A DNA stretch of 64,000 nucleotides, taken from assembly GCA_963795085.1 (NCBI GenBank), contig CAWCFX010000001.1, positions 704,001-768,000 of the forward strand, given 5' to 3'. Shown here one piece after another: positions 31,255 through 41,374 of the stretch. Within the stretch, counting starts at the first letter, position 1; every line of letters begins with the position of its first letter. The translations under genes and the position numbers were made by a program. This DNA is from an uncultured Gemmatimonadales bacterium (GTDB lineage: Bacteria; Gemmatimonadota; Gemmatimonadetes; Gemmatimonadales; GWC2-71-9). Under the pieces are notes generated by a model. The model was not told the origin of the DNA and ran no database searches. It saw nothing but the letters and a program-made list of their open reading frames with translations.

Positions 31255-33326
31255 GCCATCACCCTCGCCAGCTCGGCGAGGGTTGGCTCGATCTCGATAG
31301 GGGCGCTGGCCGGACCGGCCGGGAGCGGGTCCTTGAGCAAGTGCCCGGTGAGTACCGCCACCACCCGGGCGGCGGGCGACACGATCCCCTTCGCCACCAG
31401 CTTCCGCACCCCGGCCACGGCGGCCGCGCTGGCCGCCTCGCACCCCGCCCCCGCGCCATCCACCACCCGCTTCGCCGCCAGGATCTCGTCGTCGGTCACC
31501 CGCGCCACCACGCCCTCGGTTTCCCGAATCGCCTGGACTCCGAGCTCGAAGGAAGCCGGGTCCCCGATACGGATCGCGGTTGCCACCGTCTCGGCACGCA
31601 CCCGGTGCCGACGGGCGAATCCCTCCTGGAAACTCCGGTAGAAGGGGTCGGCGCCGGCCGCCTGCACCGCGGCCAGCCGGGGCGTGCGGGTGATCAGCCC
31701 CCGGGCCCGCGCCTGCCGTAGCGCCATCCCGAACGCCGAAGTGTTGCCGAGGTTCCCCGCGGGAAACACGATCCAGTCGGGGGCCTCCCATCCCAACTGT
31801 TCCAGCAGCTCGAAGACGATGGTCTGCTGCCCTGAGAGGCGCAGCGGGTTGACCGAGTTGAGCAGATACACACCCAGGGAGGCCTCGGCCTCCCGGACCA
31901 GCCGCAGGCAGGCATCAAAATCCCCCCGGACCTGCACCACCGTCGCTCCCGACGCCAGGGCCTGGCCGAGTTTGCTCACCGCTACCTGGCCGGCCGGTAC
32001 CAGCACCAGGGCGGGGATCCCGGCGAGCGCGGCATACCCCGCCATGCTGGCCGCCGTGTTGCCGGTGGAGGCGCAGGCCACGGCCGGGACCCCCAGCCGG
32101 CGCGCCTCGGTGATACCGACAGTCATCCCGCGGTCCTTGAATGAGCCGGTCGGATTGTGGCCCTCGTGTTTAAGCCGCAACCCGGAGCACCCAGTCCACT
32201 CCTGCACGGCTGCCCGCTCGAGTAGGGGCGTGTTTCCCTCGGGCCAGGCCAATGGGTCCGCCACGTCGGGTTGCACCAGTTCCCGGAAGCGCCACACCCC
32301 CGAAGCCCAGGGACCCGGCCCGCCCTGCCGGGCCCGAAAGACCCGGCGAAGATCCTCTCCTTCGGCGCGAAGCGCGGGTGAAGCGCTCGACACACCATCG
32401 CCCCGGCGGATAATCCGGGCGCCCCGGGTTTCCACCCGGGCGAGGCGGGTGGCGCAGCCGACGCCCGCCCGTTGATACGCGGCGGCCATGGCCACCGCGA
32501 CGGCGGCGGCGGTTTCCTCGCTGTCCGCGAAGGCGAACGCGGTGGGCCCGCTGCCCGAGATCGAACAGCCCAGGGCGCCGGCCCCGAGGGCCGCCGCCTT
32601 GGCGGCTCCGAATCCCGGCAGCAGCGGCGCCCGGACCGGCTCAGCGATACGATCGTCGATGCAGCGGCCCAGCAGGCTCCAATCCCCCGAGGCCAGCGCG
32701 GCGACGATGCCCGCCACCTGGGCAGCCTGGTGCAGCGCGGTCTCCCGGCTCACGGCCGGCGGCAATGCCGCCCGACCCTGCCGGGTCTCCAACCGCTGGT
32801 CGGGATGGGCGAGCACGATGTGCAATCCGTCCGCCACCGCAAGCGGCACCACCTCCAGCGGGTCGAGGGCGCGGACCAGCACGGCACCGCCCAACAGGGA
32901 GGGAGCGATGTTATCCAGGTGGCGGCCCGCCACCGCGGCCTCCGCCGCCAGGCAGCACTCCAGCAGTTGGTCGCGAGTGAGCCGGCTATTACAGAGCGCG
33001 TCCACCGCGACCGCGGCCGCCACCGCCGAGGCCGCGCTGCCGCCCTGGCCCCCGGCGAGCGGAAGGCCCTTGCTGACGGTAAGGCGGAGACCGCGGTCCA
33101 GCCGCCCGGTCCGGTCCATGACCGCACGGGCGGCAATCCCGGCGGTGTGGCGAGCCGGGTCGAAGGGGAGATCAGGATGCCCCGGCTCCACGATGACAAT
33201 TCCCGGTTCGTCACCCCATTCGGCCCCCACGCAATCGCCCGGGCCGGTGACGGCCAGCCCGAGGATGTCGAGGCCCGGCCCGATATTGCCGATGCAACCA
33301 GGGGCGAAGACGTCGATGCGGGTCAT
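31230..33326 (-). CDS. thrB-thrC: Fused homoserine kinase (ThrB) - threonine synthase (ThrC)
   Basis: GHMP kinase motifs (NIGPGLD, PLAGGQGGSAA, HLDN, ISGSGPT) in frame with PLP-enzyme motifs (NPTGSFKDRG, ASTGNT, PAGNLGN, LTGHLLKD); no internal stop. Confidence 0.9.
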   Translation of the reverse strand: MTRIDVFAPGCIGNIGPGLDILGLAVTGPGDCVGAEWGDEPGIVIVEPGHPDLPFDPARHTAGIAARAVMDRTGRLDRGLRLTVSKGLPLAGGQGGSAASAVAAAVAVDALCNSRLTRDQLLECCLAAEAAVAGRHLDNIAPSLLGGAVLVRALDPLEVVPLAVADGLHIVLAHPDQRLETRQGRAALPPAVSRETALHQAAQVAGIVAALASGDWSLLGRCIDDRIAEPVRAPLLPGFGAAKAAALGAGALGCSISGSGPTAFAFADSEETAAAVAVAMAAAYQRAGVGCATRLARVETRGARIIRRGDGVSSASPALRAEGEDLRRVFRARQGGPGPWASGVWRFRELVQPDVADPLAWPEGNTPLLERAAVQEWTGCSGLRLKHEGHNPTGSFKDRGMTVGITEARRLGVPAVACASTGNTAASMAGYAALAGIPALVLVPAGQVAVSKLGQALASGATVVQVRGDFDACLRLVREAEASLGVYLLNSVNPLRLSGQQTIVFELLEQLGWEAPDWIVFPAGNLGNTSAFGMALRQARARGLITRTPRLAAVQAAGADPFYRSFQEGFARRHRVRAETVATAIRIGDPASFELGVQAIRETEGVVARVTDDEILAAKRVVDGAGAGCEAASAAAVAGVRKLVAKGIVSPAARVVAVLTGHLLKDPLPAGPASAPIEIEPTLAELARVMAHPLQRTR

Positions 33327-33502
33327 GGCAGACGAAGGGCTGAGGGCGGATGGCGAACGGCGATGCCAGGGCGGCGCCTGCGCCTCGCGTATCGCCGAAC
33401 GCCGGTACGGTGTAGGTTAGGAGAACTGGTCCGAATCTATCACCGGGCCATGGTGCGCGATACGCTTGCTCGCCTGCTGGTTCCCGCCTCTCCGCGACGA
33501 CC

Positions 33503-34021
33503 ATGCTGACGATTCTGAAACTGCTGCAATCGCTGGTCAAAGCGCTGCACTCGGAGGGCACGCCCGGCCAGGTGGCCGCCGGAATGGCGCTCGGCGCCTG
33601 TCTCGGCCTCACGCCGCTGCTCACGCTGCATAACCTGCTCATCTTCACGCTCCTCATCATCCTGAACGTCTCCTTCGGCGGGGGCCTGCTGGGGTGGGCG
33701 CTGTTCACACCGGTGGGTTTCCTCCTGGACCCGGTCTTCGACCGGCTGGGGCGGCTCCTGCTGCTGGAGACACCGGCCCTGACGCCGCTGTGGACCGACT
33801 GGTTCAATACGCCGGGACTTCCTTACACTGATTTCAACAACACCGTCGTCATGGGAAGCCTGCTGGGATGGCTGATCCTGCTGGTGCCCATCTATTTCGC
33901 CTCGCGTTGGGCCATCGCCAGGTACCGCGCTACGGTGGGCGAGCGGGTCCGCCAGTCACGGCTCTACCAGGCGGTGGCGGCGTCGAAAGCGTACAACGTG
34001 TACCGCTGGTTCCGGCCCTAG
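33503..34021 (+). CDS. TIGR03546-family membrane protein
   Basis: Hydrophobic, with FNNTVVMGS motif; paired with the downstream TIGR03545-like gene. Confidence 0.8.
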   Translation: MLTILKLLQSLVKALHSEGTPGQVAAGMALGACLGLTPLLTLHNLLIFTLLIILNVSFGGGLLGWALFTPVGFLLDPVFDRLGRLLLLETPALTPLWTDWFNTPGLPYTDFNNTVVMGSLLGWLILLVPIYFASRWAIARYRATVGERVRQSRLYQAVAASKAYNVYRWFRP

Positions 34022-34024
34022 GCC

Positions 34025-35836
34025 ATGGCGAAGCTCAGGATTTTTCGCTGGAGGGCCATCGGGCCGCTGCTGGTGTTCCTGGCACTCCTCGGCGTGCTCT
34101 GGCTCGTCTTCAGTGACATGCTGATCGAGGACACCAGTGAGGAAGTGTCCACCGAACTGCTGGGGGCCCAGGTGGATATCCAGGGTCTCCGGCTCCGGGA
34201 GACCGACCCCCGGGTCGAGATCGCCGGGTTGCAGATCGCCGATCCATTCCAGCTCGACCGGAACCTCCTGGAAACCGGCCTCGCTATCCTGGAATTGGAC
34301 CCCGGCGCGCTGCTGGAGAAGAAACTGGTGATCGACCGGCTCACCATCCGGAACCTCCGGTTCGGAACCCGCCGGGCCACGCCGGCGCGTCCGGTGCCGG
34401 AAGGCTTTGCGTCCAACCTGCTGCGGCAGGTCCGCCAGTGGTCCACCCAGTTCGATGTGCCGCTGCTCCAGCTCACCCCGCTGGACACGATCAAGTCCCT
34501 GATACTGGATCCGGCGCAACTGTCCACGGTGCGGGAGGTCCGGGCCACGCTGGCGACTGCGGACTCGTTGCGCTCGGCGTTCCAGGGCCAGGTGAGCGCG
34601 CTGGATTTCCGCACCCCGCTCGATACCGCGCGCGCGGTGGCCGAGCGGCTGGCCGCCGCCAATCCGGCCAGGCTGGGACTGGCCGGCACCCGGGAGGCGG
34701 TCCAGTCGGTGCGCCGGGCCCTGGCGGAAATCGCCCGGGCACGCGAGCAACTGAAGGCGCTGGAGACCAGCGCTGAGAGTGGCATTGGTGCCGTGAAAGC
34801 GGGCGTCCTCGCGGTGGACGACGCCCGCCGGAGGGACTACGAATTTGCGAAGAGCCTGCTCCAGCTTCCCAGCTTCGCGGCGCCGGACATCGGGTCCGCC
34901 CTGTTCGGCCGGGTGAGTGTGGACCGCTTCGAAAAAGCGGTGTACTGGGCGGAGTTGGCGCAGCGGCACCTGCCCCCCGGGCTTCGCCCTGCAAGCCGTC
35001 CGGCGGCCCAGCGGCTCCGGATGGATGGCACCACGGTCGCGTATCCCCGCGAGCGCGCCTATCCCTCGTTTCTGCTTCGCGAGGGGGAGATCGACGTCAG
35101 CTTCACCGCCTTTGGCGCCAGCCATTCGCTTCGTGCCGCCGCCGAGGGGCTCACCAGCGAGCCGGCGGTGTACGGGCGGCCGGCCACGCTTGCCGCGGCC
35201 GGCCGGATCGGCGGCGACCATCCCATGACCATCAGTGTCGGCGCACTCGTGGACCACACCTCGGGCGTGCGCGACTCGGCGCTGCTCCGGTTGGAAGGCG
35301 TTCCGCTTCCCTCCCTCGACCTGCCCGGGCTCCCCTTTCGGCTGGCCCCGGGGCGCGGCAGCAGCCGCCTCGCGTTTACCATGCGGGGCGACCAGGTCGC
35401 GGCCCGCTGGTCGCTCCAGACCGCGACGGCCGACTGGCAGGTGGACTCGGCCCGGTCCGGACGCCTGAATACGCTGGAAACGCTGGTCTGGCGGGTGTTG
35501 TCGGGGCTGGGGCAGTTGGAGGTGACGGCGGACCTGAGCGGTACCCTGCGGGCGCCGCGGTTCAGCGTCCGCTCTAACCTTGATCAGGCCATCGCCGAAC
35601 GGGTGCAGGGCGTCCTGGGCGAGGAACTGCGCGCGGCGGAAGCCCGGGTCCGGGCCCGGGTGGACTCGCTGGTCCGGGATCAGGTCGAGGACCTTCAGGC
35701 CCGGGCGGACCGGGTCACGGCCGAACTGCGCGGTCAGGTGTCCCGGATCGGGCAGGACCTGGACGCTGCGAAGGCGGTACTGGAGGCGCGCCTCGCGGCC
35801 CTGTCGGGTGGACTGGGCGGGGCGCTGGGATTGTAA
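34025..35836 (+). CDS. TIGR03545-family (AsmA-like) protein
   Basis: N-terminal anchor, LQIADP...NL motif and SNLD near the C-terminus; standard pairing with TIGR03546. Confidence 0.78.
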   Translation: MAKLRIFRWRAIGPLLVFLALLGVLWLVFSDMLIEDTSEEVSTELLGAQVDIQGLRLRETDPRVEIAGLQIADPFQLDRNLLETGLAILELDPGALLEKKLVIDRLTIRNLRFGTRRATPARPVPEGFASNLLRQVRQWSTQFDVPLLQLTPLDTIKSLILDPAQLSTVREVRATLATADSLRSAFQGQVSALDFRTPLDTARAVAERLAAANPARLGLAGTREAVQSVRRALAEIARAREQLKALETSAESGIGAVKAGVLAVDDARRRDYEFAKSLLQLPSFAAPDIGSALFGRVSVDRFEKAVYWAELAQRHLPPGLRPASRPAAQRLRMDGTTVAYPRERAYPSFLLREGEIDVSFTAFGASHSLRAAAEGLTSEPAVYGRPATLAAAGRIGGDHPMTISVGALVDHTSGVRDSALLRLEGVPLPSLDLPGLPFRLAPGRGSSRLAFTMRGDQVAARWSLQTATADWQVDSARSGRLNTLETLVWRVLSGLGQLEVTADLSGTLRAPRFSVRSNLDQAIAERVQGVLGEELRAAEARVRARVDSLVRDQVEDLQARADRVTAELRGQVSRIGQDLDAAKAVLEARLAALSGGLGGALGL

Positions 35837-35881
35837 AGAGGTCGTGATAGCTTTAGAGATCTTCTCATCCAGGGAGCCGTG

Positions 35882-36967
35882 ATGCGGATAGCCGTGCTCA
35901 GGGAGCGCGTCCCCGGTGAACGTCGCGTGGCGCTGGTGCCCGAGTCGGTGGCCCGGCTGGTCAAGTCGGGGCTGGAGGTCGCGATCGAACAGGGCGCGGG
36001 GGAGCAGGCCACCCTGCCCGATGACCTCTACGTTCGCGCCGGTGCGGTCCTGCTGCCCGATCCCGCGGCGGTGTGCCGGGGGGCCGCGGTGGTGCTCACC
36101 GTGCAGCGGCCTCCGCCGGACCTGATTGCCCACATCCCGGAGGGCGCCACGCTCATCGGTCTGCTTCAGCCCGCGACCGCCGGCAACTTCCTGCCATCAC
36201 TGGGCGCGCGGGGCATCACCGCGCTGGCCATGGAACTGGTCCCGCGGATATCCCGGGCCCAGTCCATGGACGCCCTGTCGTCCCAGGCGACCGTCGCCGG
36301 ATACAAGGCGGTGCTGATCGGGTCGGCCGCCATGAGCCGGTTGCTGCCCATGCTGACAACCGCAGCCGGGACCATCGCACCGGCCAAGGCCTTCGTGCTG
36401 GGGGCCGGGGTGGCCGGCCTGCAGGCTATCGCCACCGCCCGCCGGCTGGGCGCGGTGGTCTCCGCCTTCGATGTGCGTCCGGCGGTGCGGGAGCAGGTGC
36501 AGAGCCTGGGTGCCACGTTCATCGCGGCGGACATGGTGGAGGCGGGGGCGGAAACCGCCGGCGGCTATGCGAAGGAGCTGGCCCACGACCAGCACGAGCG
36601 GGAGCTGGAAGCCATCCACCGCCACATCGGGGACATGGACCTGGTCATCACCACGGCCCAGATCCCCGGGAAACCGGCCCCCCGGCTGATCACGACCGCG
36701 ATGGTGGCCGACATGAAACCGGGGGCGGTCATCGTGGACCTGGCCGCTGAAACCGGCGGCAACTGCGAGCTGACCCGGGCCGGCGAAACGGTCATCGCCT
36801 CGCGCGTCGCGATCATCGGGGCCGTCAATCTTCCCGCCACGGTGCCGTTCCACGCCAGCCAGATGTACAGCAAGAACCTGGAGACCCTGCTGCGGCACCT
36901 GGTCGCCGAGGGACAGGTCGTCGTCAAGCCGGATGACGAGATCACCGGCGCCATGATGCTGCGATAG
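35882..36967 (+). CDS. pntA: NAD(P) transhydrogenase alpha subunit part 1 (domain I)
   Basis: Motifs ERRVALVP, RAQSMDALSSQ, GAGVAGLQA and GGYAK. Confidence 0.95.
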   Translation: MRIAVLRERVPGERRVALVPESVARLVKSGLEVAIEQGAGEQATLPDDLYVRAGAVLLPDPAAVCRGAAVVLTVQRPPPDLIAHIPEGATLIGLLQPATAGNFLPSLGARGITALAMELVPRISRAQSMDALSSQATVAGYKAVLIGSAAMSRLLPMLTTAAGTIAPAKAFVLGAGVAGLQAIATARRLGAVVSAFDVRPAVREQVQSLGATFIAADMVEAGAETAGGYAKELAHDQHERELEAIHRHIGDMDLVITTAQIPGKPAPRLITTAMVADMKPGAVIVDLAAETGGNCELTRAGETVIASRVAIIGAVNLPATVPFHASQMYSKNLETLLRHLVAEGQVVVKPDDEITGAMMLR

Positions 36968-37013
36968 CCGTCCACCTTTCCACCGGGCGCAGCCGCCGCC
37001 CGAGGAGACACTC

Positions 37014-37307
37014 GTGACCGAAGCACTGATCGTCGGCATCGTCATTTTCACCCTGTCCACCTTCCTGGGGGTGGAACTGATCCACCGGGTGCCGCCCACC
37101 CTGCACACGCCGCTCATGTCCGGCGCCAACGCGGTCAGCGGGATCACCGTGGTGGGCGCCCTGATCGTGGCCGGGGGCGGCCACGGGTGGATCTCCAGCG
37201 TGCTGGGTTTCGGCGCGCTGGTGTTCGCCATGATGAACGTCGTGGGGGGCTACGCGGTGACCGACCGGATGCTGGGCATGTTCCGGCGGAAGCCGGAGGA
37301 CCGCTGA
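37014..37307 (+). CDS. pntA: NAD(P) transhydrogenase alpha subunit part 2 (membrane)
   Basis: Motifs LHTPLMSGANA and NVVGGYAVTDRML. Confidence 0.95.
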   Translation: MTEALIVGIVIFTLSTFLGVELIHRVPPTLHTPLMSGANAVSGITVVGALIVAGGGHGWISSVLGFGALVFAMMNVVGGYAVTDRMLGMFRRKPEDR

Positions 37308-38707
37308 TGCCACAGGCCGTAGCGGAACTGGGCTACCTGCTCGCGGCGGTGCTGTTCATCCTCGGGCTCAAGCGGCTGTCGAGCCCGGCCACGGCGCGGC
37401 GGGGCAACCTGCTCTCCGGGGTGGGGATGCTCATCGCCATCGTGATCACGCTGGCCGACCGGGCCATCCTGAGCTACACCGTCATCGCCGCGGGCCTCCT
37501 GGTGGGCGGCGGGCTGGGCCTCTGGATGGCGCGGGCGGTCAAGATGACGGCGATGCCCCAGATGGTCGCCCTCCTGAACGGCGTGGGGGGCGGAGCATCG
37601 CTGCTGGTGGGCTCCGCCGAGTTTCTCAAGTCCAACCTGGCCGGGGTGGCGCTGCCCCTCAACGTGGACATCACCATCCAGCTGAGCCTGCTGATCGGCG
37701 CGGTGACCCTGTCGGGCAGCCTCATCGCGTTCGCGAAGCTGCAGGAGCTGATGACCGGGCGGCCCGTCACCTACACCGGGCAGCAGGTGGTGAGCGGCGC
37801 GATCTTCGTCGGCCTGCTCGGCCTCATGGCCTACCAGGTGGCGACGGCGGACGGGGTGACCTGGGTGCTGGGCGCGGTAGTGGGGCTGGCGCTGTTGCTG
37901 GGGATCCTGCTGGTGATTCCCATCGGGGGCGCCGACATGCCGGTGGTAATATCACTGCTCAACTCGTACTCCGGCATTGCCGCCAGCATGACCGGATTCG
38001 TCATCGAGAACGACGTGCTGATCGTGGCCGGGGCCCTGGTGGGTTCCTCCGGTATCATTCTCAGCAAGATCATGTGCCGGGCGATGAACCGGTCGCTGAC
38101 CAACGTGCTCTTCGGGGCGTTCGGCGCCGTCACCGCGAAGAGCAGCAAGAGCGTCGAAGGGCTGACCGCGCGCACCATAAACCCGGAGGATGCCGCCCTG
38201 CAGCTGGCCTATGCCCAGCGGGTGATCATCGTGCCGGGCTACGGCATGGCCGTGGCCCAGGCCCAGCACACGGTGCGGGAGCTCGCCGATGCCATCGAGA
38301 AACAGGGGGGGGAGGTCACCTACGCCATCCATCCCGTGGCGGGCCGCATGCCGGGACACATGAATGTACTGCTGGCCGAGGCGAACATTCCCTACGACAA
38401 GCTCAAGGACATGGAGGAGATCAACGGCGAATTCGGCACCACCGATGTCGCCCTGGTCATCGGCGCCAACGATGTCGTCAATCCCGCGGCGCGCAACGAT
38501 CCGTCGAGTCCGATCTTCGGGATGCCGATCCTGAATGTGGACCAGGCCCGGAGCATCATCGTGCTCAAGCGCAGCATGAACACCGGTTTCGCCGGGATCG
38601 AAAACGAACTATTCTACGATCCCAAGACCACCATGCTGTTCGGCGATGCCAAGAAATCTCTCGCCGGGCTGGTCCAGGAGGTCAAGTCGCTGACCAGCGG
38701 GACTTAA
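37307..38707 (+). CDS. pntB: NAD(P) transhydrogenase beta subunit
   Basis: Motifs MPQMVA, GGADMPVVISLLNSYSG, PGYGMAVAQ and HPVAGRMPGHMNVLLAEA; start overlaps the upstream stop. Confidence 0.96.
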   Translation: MPQAVAELGYLLAAVLFILGLKRLSSPATARRGNLLSGVGMLIAIVITLADRAILSYTVIAAGLLVGGGLGLWMARAVKMTAMPQMVALLNGVGGGASLLVGSAEFLKSNLAGVALPLNVDITIQLSLLIGAVTLSGSLIAFAKLQELMTGRPVTYTGQQVVSGAIFVGLLGLMAYQVATADGVTWVLGAVVGLALLLGILLVIPIGGADMPVVISLLNSYSGIAASMTGFVIENDVLIVAGALVGSSGIILSKIMCRAMNRSLTNVLFGAFGAVTAKSSKSVEGLTARTINPEDAALQLAYAQRVIIVPGYGMAVAQAQHTVRELADAIEKQGGEVTYAIHPVAGRMPGHMNVLLAEANIPYDKLKDMEEINGEFGTTDVALVIGANDVVNPAARNDPSSPIFGMPILNVDQARSIIVLKRSMNTGFAGIENELFYDPKTTMLFGDAKKSLAGLVQEVKSLTSGT

Positions 38708-38755
38708 CCGGCCGGACCGTCTCTATTATCCCCCGTTTCCACAAGGCAGGTTGCC

Positions 38756-39370
38756 ATGCCCACGCTCCGACGTTTCGCCCTGCTCACCGGGTTCCTCGCC
38801 TTTGGCGCCGGACCCGTAGTCGCCCAGGACTGTGGGGTGAATCTCCATCCCCCCGCAGCCGGATCCTGGGTCCAGTACACCATGTCGGAGGGCAGCATGC
38901 GGCTGGCCCTCCTCGGCGAGGAGACCAAAGGCGGGAAGAAAATGATGCGCCTGGAGATGAGTGTCGCCAGCCGGGAAGGGGCCATGATCATCCAGATGCT
39001 GGTTCCCGGCTATCCCTACGATGCCGGCGCGGTCGAGGACGTGATCATCAAGCCGGCCAATGCCCCCGCCATGCGGATGAACGCCCAGATGATGGGCATG
39101 ATGCGAAGCCGCATCCCCCGGGATGCCGTGGCGGACGCCTGCCGGAACCGAACGATGACGAGGGTCGGTGAAGAGAGCGTTACCGTGCCGGCGGGAACTT
39201 TCCGCACCGTCCACTATCGCGATGCCGAGTCGGGCAACGATGTCTGGGTGAGCGAGTCGGTGCCGTTCGGGATGGTGAAATCACAGTTGAAGAACGGTGG
39301 AGAGATCGTGCTGACCGGGCGGGGCAACGATGCCAAGTCCCAGATCACCGAGACGCCGATGGAAATGTAG
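38756..39370 (+). CDS. Secreted hypothetical protein
   Basis: Signal peptide (...VVA-QD), GEESVTVPAGTF motif and strong codon bias. Confidence 0.75.
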   Translation: MPTLRRFALLTGFLAFGAGPVVAQDCGVNLHPPAAGSWVQYTMSEGSMRLALLGEETKGGKKMMRLEMSVASREGAMIIQMLVPGYPYDAGAVEDVIIKPANAPAMRMNAQMMGMMRSRIPRDAVADACRNRTMTRVGEESVTVPAGTFRTVHYRDAESGNDVWVSESVPFGMVKSQLKNGGEIVLTGRGNDAKSQITETPMEM

Positions 39371-39375
39371 ACGTA

Positions 39376-39418
39376 GTGAGAGGTGAGAGGTGAGAGCACT
39401 TCTCACCTCTTACCTCTC
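39376..39418. repeat. Inverted heptamer arrays forming a hairpin between convergent genes
   Basis: (GTGAGAG)x3 - CACT - TCTCACC TCTTACC TCTC. Confidence 0.85.
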
Positions 39419-39991
39419 TGCTCCCGGCCACGGGTTGGGGACGATGGCCGCGTTGGCCGCGATCCGCTCCTGGGCCGCCCGATAGTTCTTCTCGAAGTCC
39501 GCCCGCCATTGCTCCGGCAGATTCGCCCGGAAATACTCCGCCGTCATGATGTCCGTCCCGGGCCCGGGATGGGTGGCCACGACATCGGCCAGGAAGAAGG
39601 TCGAGGCGCCGGCGTCCATGGTATTCACAACGCGGCATTCGAAGGCGGCGTAGCAGTCGAGGAGAACCGGCACCTGCGCCGCGCCGTACCGATGAGGGAC
39701 GTCCGCCAGCTTGTCCCGGTCCCGGCCGCTGGAGAATCCGAGCCGGTAGATGAGGTCAAATTGGCCCCGGTGCAGCAGATGGAGCCCGTAGCGGCCGGTC
39801 TTCCAGACGATCTCGTGGGTCAGGTGCCACTTGTGGATATAGGCGGCCAGCCGGGGGACCCGGGGAGAGATCGAGGCCCGGACTGCGCTGTCCAGGATCA
39901 TGCCGTTGGGCCGCCCCTGCAGGCTGGAAGTGACGGCGACGACCGGGGATGCCAGTTGGCGGAGTAATTCGTAGGCGGAATCTGTCAGCAT
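39410..39991 (-). CDS. Flavin reductase-like FMN-binding protein
   Basis: Motifs PVVAVTS, GFSSGRDRDK and FECRV...DAG. Confidence 0.88.
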   Translation of the reverse strand: MLTDSAYELLRQLASPVVAVTSSLQGRPNGMILDSAVRASISPRVPRLAAYIHKWHLTHEIVWKTGRYGLHLLHRGQFDLIYRLGFSSGRDRDKLADVPHRYGAAQVPVLLDCYAAFECRVVNTMDAGASTFFLADVVATHPGPGTDIMTAEYFRANLPEQWRADFEKNYRAAQERIAANAAIVPNPWPGAER

Positions 39992-40180
39992 CGGGAACCT
40001 TGAGTTGTTCTAATGGTAACTGCGTCGGATTTCAGGCTGGATCCGAACCTATGTTTCAATTGGGGACGTGCACCAAAATGGCCTCTCGCGCATCCTTTGC
40101 TCGGCAGGGAAGGTGAGCGGCGGCTCGACCTTGAGGGGGTTAACCTGACGGCGCAACTGCCAGAGGCACTAAGAGTTACC

Positions 40181-40193
40181 TAAGGTGTTGATT
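40181..40193 (-). promoter_or_regulatory. IHF consensus site
   Basis: The minus strand reads AATCAACACCTTA, an exact match to WATCAANNNNTTR, inside an AT-rich divergent promoter region. Confidence 0.5.
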
Positions 40194-40286
40194 TAGCGCA
40201 AGTTAGTCGTTATATTGGGCGACTAAAATTTGCACAGTCCCCAACGCGGTGCGGTGCGACCATCCATCGCAAGGAGGCGGTGAAGA

Positions 40287-41183
40287 GTGAAAGTCATTAA
40301 GCCACGCGCGAAGCGTCGCCCAGTGCGCCCGGCACAGATCGCCCGGGCGGTCGATGAAGGCCGCGAAAGCCTCGATCTCTACCTGGACGAGATCAGCCGA
40401 GTCCCGCTCCTCAACCGTGAGGAGGAGATGGCGCTCGCCCACAAGGCGTTCAAAGGCAACGTCGCGGCCCAGGAAAAGCTGGCCCGTCATAACGTGCGAT
40501 TTGTCGTGTCCGTCGCGAAGAAGTTCCAGAACCGCGGCGTGCCTCTTGTGGACCTCATCGGCGAGGGCAACCTCGGCCTCATGACCGCGGCGCGGAAGTT
40601 CGATCCCAACCGCGGGGTCAAGTTCATTTCCTATGCGGTCTGGTGGATCCGCCAGGCGGTCCAGGCGGCGATCGCTCGTCACGGCCGCCCGGTCCGGGTG
40701 CCGCTCAACCGCACGGCCGATCTCAACCGGCTTTCCCGCACGGTCACGCTGCTCAAGGACCGGCTGGGCCGGATGCCTACCACCGAGGAGCTGGCCCGGG
40801 CGACCGGGCTGACCCTGGAGGCGGTGCGCAGCCTGTCGGCGCTCAACTCCGAGGCGGTGCGGCTGGACCACCCGGTGCGGGACGGCGAAGCCAGCGAGCG
40901 GATCGAGCGGTTCGCCACCAGCGAGCAGGAAGGCACCGATTCGTCGGCCATTGCCAACAGCCAGACCAGCTACATCGAGGCAGCGCTGGCTTCGCTGCCG
41001 CCGCGCGATGCCAAGGTCCTGCGGCTGTATTTCGGTCTCGACGACGGCAACAGCCGGACCCTGGAAGAGATCGGCCGCATGATGGGGGTAACCCGGGAGC
41101 GGATTCGCCAGCTCCGGGACCGGGCGCTGCTCCGGCTCCGGGAAGGCGAACAGAGTGGGCGGCTCAAGGATCTGGTTGCCTGA
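40287..41183 (+). CDS. RNA polymerase sigma70 factor, RpoD/RpoS-like without region 1.1
   Basis: SD AAGGAGG; regions 1.2 (YLDEI), 2 (DLIGEGNLGL, SYAVWWIRQ) and 4 (TLEEIG...TRERIRQ). Confidence 0.95.
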   Translation: MKVIKPRAKRRPVRPAQIARAVDEGRESLDLYLDEISRVPLLNREEEMALAHKAFKGNVAAQEKLARHNVRFVVSVAKKFQNRGVPLVDLIGEGNLGLMTAARKFDPNRGVKFISYAVWWIRQAVQAAIARHGRPVRVPLNRTADLNRLSRTVTLLKDRLGRMPTTEELARATGLTLEAVRSLSALNSEAVRLDHPVRDGEASERIERFATSEQEGTDSSAIANSQTSYIEAALASLPPRDAKVLRLYFGLDDGNSRTLEEIGRMMGVTRERIRQLRDRALLRLREGEQSGRLKDLVA

Positions 41184-41196
41184 AACGTAGTCCAGG

Positions 41197-41236
41197 AAAA
41201 CGACAACGGCCTCCATGCGGGGGCCGTTGTTGTTTT
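41197..41236 (+). terminator. Intrinsic terminator
   Basis: AAAACGACAACGGCCTCC-atgc-GGGGGCCGTTGTTGTTTT. Confidence 0.85.
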
Positions 41237-41280
41237 AGGGAGGGTGGGAGAGCCTGGTTCCGTTTTTTCACGAAAGCACG

Positions 41281-41374
41281 AGCAACAAACAAACAATCAA
41301 CAAACGACAGCGAGCAAACAACAAACAACGACAAAGAACAACCAACACCAACAAACGACAACAAACGACAACAA
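41281..41374. repeat. A/C-rich low-complexity tract built from ACAAAC(A/G)-like units
   Basis: About 95 nt almost entirely A and C in a GC-rich genome; includes repeated CAACAAACGA. Confidence 0.85.

Noticed and set aside
35882..38707. Split pntA as a frameshift
   Set aside because: The three-gene transhydrogenase layout is well known, and each part has its own start and SD or overlap.
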